Below are positions 63,251-64,000 of a stretch of DNA of 64,000 nucleotides, piece by piece. Origin of the DNA: Phoronis australis (taxonomy: Eukaryota > Animalia > Phoronida); NCBI GenBank assembly GCA_002633005.1, contig NMRA01000393.1, positions 296,034 through 360,033 on the forward strand, in the 5' to 3' direction. Numbering within the stretch: position 1 is the first letter of the stretch; each line of letters opens with the position of its first letter. The notes beneath the pieces are model-generated. The model was not told where the DNA came from. It saw nothing but the letters and a program-made list of their open reading frames with translations, and did not search any database. The translations under genes and the position numbers were made by a program.

Positions 63251-64000
63251 TCAAAATTTTTGCCAAGCGTTGCTGGTTATGGCGTCTGCCTTATTGTGTG
63301 AAGAATTTTTACCGTACCCTGGTAACCTAATGTATTTTCTCAATCACACGTTATTAGCAAAACGTCAGAAATATAAATGGTTCCAAGCGCTATGTTTGCA
63401 GGTACTTTGCTGGTGGCTTGAGATACGACCCTGATGTTTTTTATAGTACTTTTATAGCATGACCACTTCCTTCAAAAAAGTCAGACATGCAAAAGAAAGG
63501 TGCCTTTGTTAATCATTGTGTTAACATGCATATTTTAGGTAGGGGTTGGGGGCTGCATTTGCCCTTCTAGATTTGGACTAAGAAAATTTGAATTATTTGG
63601 CAAAACAGAATTCCCGCACCACACTGCTTCCAATGGAAGAAAATGAGAGTATGCAGATATGGCGTGGACAGCAAAGTAAGAGATATTGTGTTAAACTTTA
63701 CAGCCACCTTCTTATATGAGTGAGTGGATACTTGTTGTTTCATTGATTTGTTTATTTCCGTGAATAAAATACTCGACTAAAAAAACTATGAGTGGGTGTT
63801 AGCTGAGGTTGCTATACGGAGCAATTTTCACGGGACCACATTTTTTCTCACACCTAATAAGCGTGTCACATGACACGGTTATTGCATATTTGGTAAAAGG
63901 ATGCGTTAGATTAGATTAGATTAAAAAGATAGGTATCAGTGGGTCAACTATTCACGCAGTAGATAGAATTTTCAATTGCTCAATAAAATCACACATTTTG

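Overview
AT-rich, intron- and repeat-rich eukaryotic DNA, most consistent with an invertebrate metazoan. It has five single-N breaks (7207, 28876, 31241, 44845, 50684). The first 26 kb carry one + strand gene that I reconstructed by hand as 22 phase-consistent GT-AG coding exons (3273-26014, 3261 nt, 1086 aa). It is an EMSY orthologue (N-terminal ENT domain, RLIPL and PRLVP motifs, long Ser/Thr-rich middle) that, unlike vertebrate EMSY, ends in an apparently intact bromodomain. Three of its splice sites are tandemly duplicated. The introns hold perfect minisatellites, tRNA-derived SINEs, MITEs and a Penelope-type remnant with a minimal hammerhead ribozyme. 26.6-32.2 kb looks like two haplotypes assembled side by side, exposing a presence/absence TIR transposon. 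32-64 kb has no recognisable coding exon; it looks like a CpG-richer promoter or non-coding first exon followed by long intronic or intergenic DNA with repeats. Most ORFs in the supplied track are spurious or repeat-derived.
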